DNA of 64,000 nt from Nitrospirales bacterium. Its GTDB lineage: Bacteria > Nitrospirota > Nitrospiria > Nitrospirales > UBA8639. The stretch spans positions 1,536,001-1,600,000 of the forward strand of contig CBDBCZ010000019.1 of assembly GCA_965203295.1 (NCBI GenBank), read 5' to 3'. The notes beneath the pieces are model-generated. The model saw only the letters and a program-made list of their open reading frames with translations. It ran no database searches and was not told the origin of the DNA. The translations under genes and the position numbers were made by a program. The first letter of the stretch is position 1. Every line of letters starts with the position of its first letter. This document shows, piece after piece, positions 54,139 through 64,000 of the stretch.

Positions 54139-55560
54139 ATGAATTCTGACAAATTTCATGAAGAATGTGCTGTCTTCGGAGTGTACGGCCATCGGGAAGC
54201 GTCTAATTTAACGTATCTCGGTCTCTATGCCCTCCAACACCGTGGGCAAGAAGGGTCGGGTATTGTGTCCTCTGATGACCATCAGCTTTATCAAGAAAAA
54301 GGCATGGGGTTGGTGGCTGACATTTATTCAAAGAAGGAGCTCAAGCGTCTCCAGGGGAATAAAGCAATTGGACACAACCGTTACTCGACTGCCGGTGAAA
54401 CGCATTTAAAGAATATTCAGCCGTTGACGGTCAACTTTGCTTTCGGAAATTTGGCTCTAGCCCATAATGGGAACCTCACAAATGCGGGCGTCTTGCGAAG
54501 TGAGTTGGAAGCCTACGGTTCGATATTTCAGTCGGATTCTGATAGTGAGGTGATTATTCATCTGATTGCGCATTCGAAAGCCGATACGTTGTTGAATCGG
54601 GTGATCGATGCGCTGAATCTGGTCCGTGGAGCCTTTTCTTTAGTGATCCTAACCGATCAGGGACTGATGGCCATGCGGGATCCGTATGGATTCCGTCCTC
54701 TTTGCCTGGGACGCATAAAGGATGCCTGGGTCGTGGCTTCTGAAACATGTGCCTTTGATTTGATTGGAGCCGAATTTGTACGAGAGATTGAACGAGGCGA
54801 ACTGATCGTGATCAACGATGCTGGGTTAACGTCGCATCATCCCTTTCTGGCTCAGCCTTCAGCCGAATGCATATTTGAATATATTTACTTCGCCAGACCT
54901 GATTCTAAAATATTCGGTTCACATGCTGTATACCCAATTCGAAAGGCTCTTGGACGGCAATTAGCAAAAGAGGCGATGGTGCAAGCTGATATCGTCATCC
55001 CGGTTCCAGACTCAGGAGTTCCAGCCGCTTTAGGGTATGCAGAAAGCTCGGGAATTCCATTTGAAATCGGTCTGACACGAAACCATTACGTAGGCCGAAC
55101 GTTCATCGAACCGAAACAATCCATTCGACATTTTGGCGTGAAACTCAAATTAAACGCTGTGTCAGATGTGCTGAATGGCAAGCGAGTGGTGGTAGTTGAC
55201 GACTCGATCGTTCGAGGAACGACAAGTCGAAAAATTGTGAAGATGATCCGTCAGGCTGGAGCTAAAGAAGTGCATATGCGAATAAGTTCACCGCCTATTA
55301 TTGCTCCCTGCTTTTACGGAATTGATACTCCAACCCAAAAAGAATTAATTAGTTCGGGCCATACGATTGAAGAAACACGAAAGTATATCACGGCTGATAG
55401 TCTAGCCTATGTGAGTTTAGAAGGAATGTTGAATGCCGCCCCTGGTCGTCCAGACCATTACTGTAATGCGTGTTTCACGGAGCACTATCCCGTCACTTTT
55501 ACAAAGGCCGAACAACTCCAGCTTGGCCTTTTCGACCGCGATCGAAAACTTCCCCAGTGA
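54139..55560 (+). CDS. purF: Amidophosphoribosyltransferase
   Basis: [24 protein letters not shown]. Confidence 0.97.
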   Translation: MNSDKFHEECAVFGVYGHREASNLTYLGLYALQHRGQEGSGIVSSDDHQLYQEKGMGLVADIYSKKELKRLQGNKAIGHNRYSTAGETHLKNIQPLTVNFAFGNLALAHNGNLTNAGVLRSELEAYGSIFQSDSDSEVIIHLIAHSKADTLLNRVIDALNLVRGAFSLVILTDQGLMAMRDPYGFRPLCLGRIKDAWVVASETCAFDLIGAEFVREIERGELIVINDAGLTSHHPFLAQPSAECIFEYIYFARPDSKIFGSHAVYPIRKALGRQLAKEAMVQADIVIPVPDSGVPAALGYAESSGIPFEIGLTRNHYVGRTFIEPKQSIRHFGVKLKLNAVSDVLNGKRVVVVDDSIVRGTTSRKIVKMIRQAGAKEVHMRISSPPIIAPCFYGIDTPTQKELISSGHTIEETRKYITADSLAYVSLEGMLNAAPGRPDHYCNACFTEHYPVTFTKAEQLQLGLFDRDRKLPQ

Positions 55561-55662
55561 CCCTAAACACGGGTCGTATTGCCGGTCAAATTTTTCGTGT
55601 GTTAAAATTCCCCATAAGGTCACGTCGATTACTCTGCACACGGATTCATAAAGGAGGACGCT

Positions 55663-56217
55663 ATGAAACGCCTCAGCATCATATTCATATCTCTTTGGAT
55701 TGTGGTTGTCATTACCGGTATCGGATGGGCGAAGGGCTTCTTCAAAATTGGACAAGAGGCTCCTTCTTTTACCCTCACCTCGCTATCAGGTGAGATGGTT
55801 TCACTCGCCGACTTACGAGGGAAAGTCATCGTTTTGGGATTATTTCATATCTGCGAGCCTTGCCTTATTCAAGGAACAAATCTTCAAAAAGTGTATGAGG
55901 CCACTCGTGGGCAAAATGTGGCCGTGGTTGGCGTCAATTCTTCTGGAGATTCTCAAGCCGATATTGCCGAATTTCTACAAGCGTTCCCGGTTCGGGTAAC
56001 GTATCCGTATTTAGTCGATCCTGAAAAAGTGACGGATAAACTATATGGTGGTGGAAAATTTATTCCGAACGTGTATGTGATCGATCAAAGTGGAATCATT
56101 CGCTGGCAACGTGTAGGGAATTTCTTTTCTGATGGAAAGCTTGCCGGTCATGAAATTCTTCTCGACGAGGTTCAAAAATTATTAAACAACGCAATGCCTC
56201 CGTCTTCCTCTCTCTAA
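55663..56217 (+). CDS. Secreted redoxin (TlpA/peroxiredoxin-like thioredoxin fold)
   Basis: Signal peptide, APSFTL, CEPC motif, IPNVYVID..GIIR. Confidence 0.8.
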   Translation: MKRLSIIFISLWIVVVITGIGWAKGFFKIGQEAPSFTLTSLSGEMVSLADLRGKVIVLGLFHICEPCLIQGTNLQKVYEATRGQNVAVVGVNSSGDSQADIAEFLQAFPVRVTYPYLVDPEKVTDKLYGGGKFIPNVYVIDQSGIIRWQRVGNFFSDGKLAGHEILLDEVQKLLNNAMPPSSSL

Positions 56218-56262
56218 ACGTTTCCGGATAGGGGGGTAGGGAAGGCGAGAACAGGGAAACCT

Positions 56263-56502
56263 ATGGATGAATTAGAAGAGGGAAAGCAAAAATTTCTTGA
56301 TATCGTTCGACAAATTGATCCAGGCGTAGAGGTTGTCATTCCCGCCACGCCTTCAAATAACGTGTTTTTGATTTCGTTGACGAAGGGACCAAATAGAAAA
56401 TTTATCACCGTGGCCGAAGATGATATCCTCGACCTCCCACAGGAAGAAGATATCCTTCAAAAGACCACATTGCTTCTCAAAGGGGCCATTGCTGAATTAT
56501 GA
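56263..56502 (+). CDS. Small hypothetical protein
   Basis: 79-aa ORF coupled (ATGA) to the next gene. Confidence 0.65.
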   Translation: MDELEEGKQKFLDIVRQIDPGVEVVIPATPSNNVFLISLTKGPNRKFITVAEDDILDLPQEEDILQKTTLLLKGAIAEL

Positions 56503-57092
56503 ATAATCTGCTTCCAAACGTTTGGGAATGGTCCTGGTTTTCCGAGGACAAACAACTAAATTTCAATGGGCATGTCCTTCGAGTTGGGGAACATACGGTG
56601 ATCGTCGATCCTCCACTGATGACTTCGCCTGACATCGCGCAAATTCGACAGTTAGGAGAGGTCGATTATATCGTGATCACTAATCGGGACCACGAACGAG
56701 AGACTCAGGCCTACCAGAACACGTTCGGGTGCAGAGTATTCGTCCCTGAAAAAGACGCACTTGAAATGAAGATTACCGCAAACAAGCCGTATGCTGATGG
56801 TGAATTGCTGCCCGGTGGGATCTGGGCCATCCACTTAGCTGATCAAAAATCACTAGGTGAATGTGCGTTGTACATTCAGCAAGGAAAAGGCATTATGATC
56901 GTGGGTGATGCCTTGATTGGAAAGCCCGCCGGTTCCCTCACTCTCTTGCCAGCTGAAAAATATGTCGATGTGAATAGGGCTCGCGAAGGTCTGAAGCGAC
57001 TTCTTAAGTACAATTTTGACACGATATTAGTCGGAGATGGTACATCGATCATGACAGGAGCCAAACAAGTCGTGGAACAAACCCTCCAGTAA
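56499..57092 (+). CDS. Metallo-beta-lactamase-fold protein, degenerate motif
   Basis: VIVDPP, ITNRDHER, VGDAL, ILVGDG. Confidence 0.7.
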   Translation: MNNLLPNVWEWSWFSEDKQLNFNGHVLRVGEHTVIVDPPLMTSPDIAQIRQLGEVDYIVITNRDHERETQAYQNTFGCRVFVPEKDALEMKITANKPYADGELLPGGIWAIHLADQKSLGECALYIQQGKGIMIVGDALIGKPAGSLTLLPAEKYVDVNRAREGLKRLLKYNFDTILVGDGTSIMTGAKQVVEQTLQ

Positions 57093-57138
57093 ACTTTCCT
57101 GCCCATCGCCTTCACCCCATCTTCAATTTCAAGTCTTC

Positions 57139-57921
57139 ATGAATGAATCTCACTCAGCACAATTAAACCGTCAGGGGAATGAACTCTTTTCTCGTAGCTT
57201 CTATACCGAGGCGTACCAATGCTATTCAAAAACTTTGGAGGCTGACCGTTTGAGTGGAGACCAACGCGCGCTGACAGCCACACTGGGAAACCTCGGTAAT
57301 ATTTGTGCAGTCAGCGGGCGTCGCGCTAATGCCCAAGTCTATTATCGTGAAGTTTTAGAGTTACAAAAAATTCTTGGTGATGAACGGTGAATCAGCATCA
57401 CGCTCGCCAATTTAGGGAATCTGTGTGTGGATGCTGGGGAATGGGAGCAAGGACGTGCTTATTATCTGGAAGCCTTAGATTTGATAGATCAATCGCTAGA
57501 GGAATGGGGGAAAGCCGTTCTGTTGTCTGATCTGGGCCTCGTGGAAAAAGAAAGTGGCAATCCGGCTCAAGCCTTGCGCTATTACGAACAAGCCATACTC
57601 CTCATGCGACGAGTTGAAAATGTCGCCGGCCAAGCTGATGTGTATCGCATGATGGCGCGATTGCTATTGGGTGAAAAACAATATGAAGAAGCGTTAGCTT
57701 GTGGGCAAACCAGTCTGGCGATTGCGGACAGGTTGAACGATGAGCTTCGTATGGGCGGCGCCTGGTATGTCATGGCTGGTTGTTATGAGGCCCAAGGCAA
57801 TTTAGAAAAAACGGGTGCACTTTTAGAAAAGGTTATCCAGATTGACCGAAAATTTCAGTTGCCAAAACTTGAGGAAAATACCAGACGCCTGCATCGCATT
57901 CATCAACAATTAGATCGATAG
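57139..57921 (+). pseudogene. TPR protein with an in-frame TGA
   Basis: TLGNLGN..., TGA at 57388-57390, continues in frame ISITLANLGNL. Confidence 0.8.
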
Positions 57922-58042
57922 CATTCTTTCTCTCCTCTGAGAAATTTCAAAAAGTTTCGGATTCCATTCTGTGATTCCAATATCACCTCATTGAAAACGT
58001 GAATAAATCGGAAAGCATCCTCTAATCGAAAGGGCTCTTTTC

Positions 58043-59053
58043 ATGGGTTCGTCTGTTGTCATTCAAAATTTAGAAGAGTTTCGCGACGCGGCATATGCCT
58101 TTCGCCTTCCAAGAATTCTCTTAACGGCTCTGGATTTGGACTTATTTACCGTGATGGGGAGCAAAACGTGGACAGTATCTCGGCTTGCGAAGACCATGAA
58201 GGCTAGTGAGCGGGGTCTCGACATTATCTGTCGCAATCTTGCAAGTGTTGGTCTCCTCATGAAACAGGGATCACATTACAGATCTCGAAAGCTGGGCCAG
58301 ACAATGTTGAATGGCCGAAACGCCAAATTCCGGTGGCCGTATTTGGATCTTGTTCGTCGTCAATGGGGAAATTGGTCACTCCTGACGCAGTCGGTGAAAA
58401 CTGGAAAGCCTGTTGAGGATCAAGGGCCTGATGATCCCGAGTATCGGCGCTCATTTACCTAGGCCATGCATTATCGTTCATTAGATGCCGCCAAACAGGT
58501 TTCCGCTCAACTGAACATGAAAAAGGCGCAGTCTCTACTCGATGTCGGGGGTGGACCCGGAACTTGGGCATTGGAATTTTTGGTAAAAAACCCTGGCCTG
58601 AGAGCAGCCGTGTAGGATAGACCCGCGGCTTTGGATGTGGCCAGGGAAATCGCAAGGCCACTCAAACATGGGAAAAGGCTTGAATGCAAAGCTGGCGATT
58701 TTTTAAGGGACCGTCTTTCAGGAACATACGACATCATGTGGCTTTCCAATGTCCTTCACATTTATTCGCCGGAGGAAAATAAGAAATTGTTCCACAAACT
58801 ACGGTCGTCCTTAAACCCCCATGGTCGAATTCTTATTCAGGATACCTTTTTAATGGACAACAACGGGCTCTACCCTTTGGAGACGAACCTTTTTGCGGTC
58901 ACGATGTTGCTATTTACAGAAACCGGAAATACCTATAAAGCAAAAGATGTCCATCAATGGTTAAAATCCTGTGGTTACCGAAAAACCAAAAATATCCGTA
59001 TGAAGAAAGGCACGGGAGATTGGGACGGTGTAATCATTGAAGCAACCCCCTAA
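58043..59053 (+). pseudogene. SAM-dependent O-methyltransferase with two in-frame TAG
   Basis: Dimerisation N-domain, LLDVGGGPG, AGDF, LSNVLH; TAG at 58460-58462 and 58613-58615. Confidence 0.85.
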
Positions 59054-59169
59054 AATTCTCTCGTCATTTTTCTTAACGTCTCAGGCAACAAAATGCCAAA
59101 CATAAGCCAAATTCGTTGACACTCGAAATCACGCAAGCCTAGAATGCGAAAACTTTAAAGGAGGGATCT

Positions 59170-61266
59170 ATGGAGAAGGGAATTCCGAATGACATCCGGA
59201 ATGTTGTTCTGACGTCTTACCCAGGATCTGGGAAAACCTCGCTTTCAGAAGCATTGCTGTTTTCGGCTTCGGCTATTCCTGCGATGGGATCAATCGGAAT
59301 GGATAATACCGTGGCTGATTTTGAGCCGGAGGAAACTCAACATCATCATTCTATGAGTTCCGCTATTCTTCACTACGAATGGCAGGGAACCACTTTCAAC
59401 TTGCTTGATACCCCTGGTTCTACGGATTTTCTCACTGACACCAAATTCGCCTTACATGCAGGTGACGGAGTATTGCTTGTCATTAGTGCATCAGGAGTAC
59501 GTTCAGAGATTGAACGAGTATGGGAGTATATTCAGGAACGAGAACTCCCAGCTATCATTTTTATCAATGGACTTGATAAAGAACATACAGACTTTGAGGG
59601 TGTCCTCGAAGAAATCCGTAAAACACTTGAGGTCTCATGCGTTCCCATTTCGATTCCTCTAGGAAGTCAAAATGATCTCTCCGGGGTCATTGACTTGCTT
59701 GAAGGTGCGGCTATTTCCCCAGTGCCGAATAGCCCAAAGGTGAAGAAAGGTGATATTCCTGAAGACATGAAAGCCAAAGTAGATGAATTCCGAAGACAAA
59801 TGGTGGAAAGCGTCGCCGAGGCCAGTGACGAACTTGTCGAAAAATATTTAGCCGATGGTGACTTGACAAAAGATGAAATTGTGATGGGGATGAAAATAGG
59901 GACCCTCAAGCGGTCTTTCGTCCCTGTGGTCTGCGGTTCCGCGCTTCGAAATATCGGCACGTCATTATTGCATGAAGCGCTGACCCAATATTTCCCTTCT
60001 CCCGAAGAACGGGCTGCTGTTTTTCCAGTAGAGGGAAAGGAACCCAATAGCGGAGAGAAAATCTCCCGTGAAGCTTCGCCCACCGAACCATTCTCAGCTT
60101 TTGTTTTTAAAACCACCATCGATCCCTTTATGGGACGTCTCACGTATGTGCGGGTACATTCTGGTACGTTAAATGCGGATTCGAACTTTTATAATGCGAC
60201 GAGAAACGCCAAGGAAAAGTGTGGCCATTTTTACAATGTGTTAGGAAAGAAATATACGCAAGTTGACAGTATTTCTGCTGGTTCTATCGCAGCGATCGGA
60301 AAGCTCAAAGACACACAAACCGGAGATACGATTTGTATTGATCGTCAACCGATCTGTTACGACGGAGTGTCCCTGACGCGACCGGTGGTCTCCTTTGCTC
60401 TTGAACTCAAATCCAAGGGAGATATTGATAAAGTCAGTCTTGGATTACATAAACTCGTGGAAGAAGACCCATCACTGGAGTTCATTCGCAATGATGAAAC
60501 CAAGGAAATGTTGTTGAGTGGGGTAGGGCAAAGCCATATCGAAATTACATTGGAAAAGCTACGAAGAAAGTATGGAGTTGAGGTGAAACTGCAAACCCCC
60601 AAAGTAGCCTACCGCGAAACCATTCAAAAAATGGCACAAGCCCAGGGAAAATACAAGAAACAAACCGGTGGGCATGGACAATTTGGTGATTGCTGGCTTC
60701 AACTTGATCCACTTCCACGGGGCGAAGGTTTTCAATTTGTGAATAAAATTGTGGGAGGGGTTATTCCGAGAAATTTTATCCCAGCTGTAGAAAAAGGTGT
60801 GGTTGAAGCCATGCAGCAAGGGGTGATTGCTGGTTTTCCTGTGGTCGATTTTCGAGTGACCGTCTACGATGGTTCTCATCATCCGGTGGACTCTTCGGAA
60901 CTCGCTTTCAAAGTGGCCGCTTCTATGGGCTTTAAAAAAGCCATGGAGTCCGCACAAGCTGTTCTCCTCGAGCCAATCATGAAGGTTGAAGTCACAGCTC
61001 CAGATGAAATGGTGGGAGCCGTGATCGGGGATCTGAACAGCCGGCGGGGGAAAATTTTAGGTATGGATGTAAAAGGACACAACCAAATCGTTAGAGCGAC
61101 GGTCCCATTGGCTGAAATATTAAAGTATGCGCCGACGCTCAATTCCATTACCGCTGGCAAGGGAACCTATGTGATGGAATTTTCTGGTTATGAGCAGGTG
61201 CCTCGCGAGTCGACAGTCAAGATTATTGAGGAACATAAAGCCACAAAAGAAGTAGTCTCCTCATAA
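59170..61266 (+). CDS. fusA: Elongation factor G paralog (EF-G2-like)
   Basis: GSGKTSL, DTPG, KQTGGHGQF, DSSELAF, LLEPIM; divergent G-domain; outside the str operon. Confidence 0.88.
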   Translation: MEKGIPNDIRNVVLTSYPGSGKTSLSEALLFSASAIPAMGSIGMDNTVADFEPEETQHHHSMSSAILHYEWQGTTFNLLDTPGSTDFLTDTKFALHAGDGVLLVISASGVRSEIERVWEYIQERELPAIIFINGLDKEHTDFEGVLEEIRKTLEVSCVPISIPLGSQNDLSGVIDLLEGAAISPVPNSPKVKKGDIPEDMKAKVDEFRRQMVESVAEASDELVEKYLADGDLTKDEIVMGMKIGTLKRSFVPVVCGSALRNIGTSLLHEALTQYFPSPEERAAVFPVEGKEPNSGEKISREASPTEPFSAFVFKTTIDPFMGRLTYVRVHSGTLNADSNFYNATRNAKEKCGHFYNVLGKKYTQVDSISAGSIAAIGKLKDTQTGDTICIDRQPICYDGVSLTRPVVSFALELKSKGDIDKVSLGLHKLVEEDPSLEFIRNDETKEMLLSGVGQSHIEITLEKLRRKYGVEVKLQTPKVAYRETIQKMAQAQGKYKKQTGGHGQFGDCWLQLDPLPRGEGFQFVNKIVGGVIPRNFIPAVEKGVVEAMQQGVIAGFPVVDFRVTVYDGSHHPVDSSELAFKVAASMGFKKAMESAQAVLLEPIMKVEVTAPDEMVGAVIGDLNSRRGKILGMDVKGHNQIVRATVPLAEILKYAPTLNSITAGKGTYVMEFSGYEQVPRESTVKIIEEHKATKEVVSS

Positions 61267-61341
61267 TCATGGCCTTTATGGTTGGTCTCTTTTTTATGGA
61301 ATCAGAAGGGTAAGGGGAGAGAGGTAAATGAGAGGCGTGGC

Positions 61342-62721
61342 TTATTCATGAGGTCTTAACACCACATAGAAAGCCCGATTTTCCCGAAGAACACGTAGTA
61401 AAATTGTCTCTCCAGGATTCACTTCATTCATTTCCTTGTCGTAATCGCGAAGGGTCGTAATCTCGTTGCGATTGATCTCTTTAATCAAGTCACCTTTTCG
61501 AAGCCCTTCTGTATGGGCGATACTGCCTTGTTGAACGTTCTTCACTAATACCCCTTTCACCTCTTCAAGGTTAAACGTTTTCTCCAGGTCATTGGTCAAG
61601 GGTTGAACCTCAATTCCTAGCCTGACATCTTCCTTGGGAATGGACAATGAGGCGACTTCGGAATTCTCCTTTTTAACCCACAGGGAGACAGGAAGATTGG
61701 TCAGCGTTCCGTCTCGAACCAATTCAATATTGGCAATTTCTCCTGGCTCTATCCCTGCAACCAGTCTGGACAATTGATTCGGGGTGTCCACGGGATGTCC
61801 ACCGACTTTCGTAATGATGTCTCCTGGGAGAATTCCCGCCTGATCGGCCGGCTCATCATTAAAGACTTCATTCACCAAGACCCCTGTGCCGTCCTTTACC
61901 TGGAATTTTGAAGCCAGTTCTGGAGTGAGGGGTTGAATTCCCACTCCCAACCAACCTCGAACAACCTTTCCGCCTTTCCGAAGTTGATTGATGACTTTGT
62001 TCGCCATATTGGAAGGAATCGAAAAACCGATGCCCTGAGCAAAATTGATAATGGCCGTATTGATTCCGATCACTTCTCCGCGCAAATTAAATAATGGTCC
62101 TCCTGAGTTACCCGGGTTTATCGAAGCATCAGTTTGGATAAAATTTTCATACCGAGAAAGATTCATATTTTCTCGTCCAATACCGCTCACAACTCCTAAA
62201 GTCACCGTGCGGTCCAAACCGAACGGATTTCCCACGGCAAGAACCCATTGCCCAACCTTGACACTTGAGGAATCACCGAATTGGGCTGTCGGGAGTTCCC
62301 GATCCGTGTCCACCTTCAAAAGAGCCAAATCCGTATCCGGGTCACGTCCAATGACTTGAGCAATGAGGGTCGTCTTATCGGATAACCGGATCTCAGCCTT
62401 AGGTGCTTCACCCATGACGTGGTTATTCGTCACGATATATCCGTTGGCTCCTATGATGACCCCTGAACCCGAACCCGGGGTGTTTGGCCCACGACCACGA
62501 GGGAGTATCTGTCGTGATCCTGAATCCCGAATAGGGGATATGTTGACGACCGTGGGTTTCACTTGCTCGACAAGCGTCGTAATAGCAGATTGGATTTCCT
62601 CTAAGAATTGAATACCTCTGGATTGTTCAAGGGATTGAAGAACAGTGGCCAAACCCAATGGCACATTGCCAAAGGACGCAAAGATGACGAGTGAGCCCAA
62701 GAGAGTCTTAGACCAGGTCAT
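61342..62721 (-). CDS. DegP/Do-family serine protease with two PDZ domains
   Basis: GSGSGVI, TNNHV, DLAL, GNSGGPL. Confidence 0.95.
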   Translation of the reverse strand: MTWSKTLLGSLVIFASFGNVPLGLATVLQSLEQSRGIQFLEEIQSAITTLVEQVKPTVVNISPIRDSGSRQILPRGRGPNTPGSGSGVIIGANGYIVTNNHVMGEAPKAEIRLSDKTTLIAQVIGRDPDTDLALLKVDTDRELPTAQFGDSSSVKVGQWVLAVGNPFGLDRTVTLGVVSGIGRENMNLSRYENFIQTDASINPGNSGGPLFNLRGEVIGINTAIINFAQGIGFSIPSNMANKVINQLRKGGKVVRGWLGVGIQPLTPELASKFQVKDGTGVLVNEVFNDEPADQAGILPGDIITKVGGHPVDTPNQLSRLVAGIEPGEIANIELVRDGTLTNLPVSLWVKKENSEVASLSIPKEDVRLGIEVQPLTNDLEKTFNLEEVKGVLVKNVQQGSIAHTEGLRKGDLIKEINRNEITTLRDYDKEMNEVNPGETILLRVLRENRAFYVVLRPHE

Positions 62722-62822
62722 TTTTTAATGAAAGATCATTGAGTATAAAGAGAAAAATTGCTTTGAAGGACCAAATATAGGAATTTTAGACGAATAGATT
62801 ATGTCTGATAAGTAATATTATG

Positions 62823-63422
62823 TTAACTTTTATCTAGGCACATTCTTCCCTCATTTCCTTTAATGAGTCTCTCGATATTCTCCTTATGACGCAGCAGAAT
62901 AAGCAACGTCATACTGCACGCCATAATCGTAAACTCGCCGTTTTCCTGTAAAAAGTAGGATAAAAAAGGCAGACATGCAAATGAAACGATGGCTCCACCT
63001 GAGGAGTACTTGAAAATTCCCACTATAATGAGCCAGGTACCCATTAAAATTCCGCCGATGAGTGGTTCTAAACCCAACACGCCACCCAACCCTGTCGCGA
63101 CCCCCTTACCTCCACGGAAACGTAGAAAAGGCGACACAATATGTCCTAATACGACCCCGAACACTAGAACGAATCCCCATCCCTGTCCCCCCCATAAGCT
63201 TTTGGCTAAAAAACCGATTGCCCAGCCCTTCCCGAAATCACCAATTAAAGTCATTATACCAGCCTTTTTACCCGATAATCTCAGAACGTTGGTAAAGCCA
63301 ACATTACCGCTACCTGCTTTACGAGGGTCCGGTGTTTGAAATATTTTTGAAGTAAGAAGTCCGAAGGGAATCGACCCAACGAGAAAGGAGAACACAAACA
63401 AAAAGGGGCCAAGAAAATCCAT
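62823..63422 (-). CDS. plsY: Glycerol-3-phosphate acyltransferase
   Basis: GSIPFG, GSGNVGFTNVLR, GGKGVAT, RHKENI. Confidence 0.95.
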   Translation of the reverse strand: MDFLGPFLFVFSFLVGSIPFGLLTSKIFQTPDPRKAGSGNVGFTNVLRLSGKKAGIMTLIGDFGKGWAIGFLAKSLWGGQGWGFVLVFGVVLGHIVSPFLRFRGGKGVATGLGGVLGLEPLIGGILMGTWLIIVGIFKYSSGGAIVSFACLPFLSYFLQENGEFTIMACSMTLLILLRHKENIERLIKGNEGRMCLDKS

Positions 63423-63446
63423 AGAGCACCCTACAAAATGCCATCA

Positions 63447-64000
63447 TTATGGCAATTGATTCTGGATTTCCCCTTTATCGATTAATTGACGGATGATGTC
63501 GTGGAGATATTGAACACCAGAAACGACAGAAAACAAGAGCGCCACATAGAGAATTCCTGTACCCCACAAGAAGAAATCCACCGATGGCATAGAAAATGTT
63601 CCCTCAAGAATTAAGAGAATAATTCCTGTTATCTGAAGGACTACTTTAAATTTTCCAAGGTCTCCTGCACTCACAATAACTCCCCTAAATGCAGCAATAG
63701 CACGGAATCCGGTTACAATAATCTCTCTTGCAATCATGGCAATTGCAACCCAGGCTTCAACTCGGTCCATCTGAACCAGAAGAATCAAACCTGATAAAAC
63801 CAGCAGTTTATCCGCAATGGGATCTAAGAGCCGCCCCATATTGGTAACTTGCGCTCTCCTCCGAGCAAGATAGCCATCTAACAAGTCAGTTAGAGCCGCA
63901 ATACCAAAAACACACGCTGCGGCTAGAGATCGCATCACAGTTGGAGTGGAAAGCAACCACACAAACACTGGGACCAAAATAATTCGCGAAAAAGTCAGGA
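63447..64000 (-). CDS. pgsA: CDP-diacylglycerol--glycerol-3-phosphate phosphatidyltransferase; 5' end lies beyond the window
   Basis: LTFSRIILVP, TDLLDGYLARR..GRLLDPIADK. Confidence 0.93.
   Translation of the reverse strand, partial: LTFSRIILVPVFVWLLSTPTVMRSLAAACVFGIAALTDLLDGYLARRRAQVTNMGRLLDPIADKLLVLSGLILLVQMDRVEAWVAIAMIAREIIVTGFRAIAAFRGVIVSAGDLGKFKVVLQITGIILLILEGTFSMPSVDFFLWGTGILYVALLFSVVSGVQYLHDIIRQLIDKGEIQNQLP

Overview
Bacterial chromosomal window, about 46% GC by eye. Gene content and an intergenic repeat suggest a Nitrospirales (Nitrospira-like) organism; this is inference, not a database result. In order it holds: a molybdate-uptake locus (XRE-HTH/PBP regulator, broken outer-membrane porin, modABC) with a shared palindromic operator; a decayed XRE + ImmA/IrrE + HNH islet cut next to an IS200/IS605-like mini-element; an 8-gene ubiquitin-like sulfur-carrier operon (ThiS, CysK, E1, ThrC-like, MoaD/CysO-like, NIL, second E1, JAB peptidase); a MITE; a Tn3-family relic with both inverted repeats and USP/antiporter cargo; housekeeping genes (ndk, gcvH, lpdA, tyrS, tRNA-Gly with an adjacent integrase relic, queG, groESL, sigma-32-like factor, NarK-type MFS, ribBA-ribH-nusB, purB/S/Q/L/F, EF-G paralog, degP, plsY, pgsA). 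About 16 genes are broken by single in-frame stops, 1-bp frameshifts, a 23-bp duplication or truncation, while core genes stay open. This fits recent genome erosion (or sequence error), not codon reassignment. The best candidates for poorly described systems are the dual-carrier/dual-E1 sulfur relay and the ModE-independent Mo regulon.
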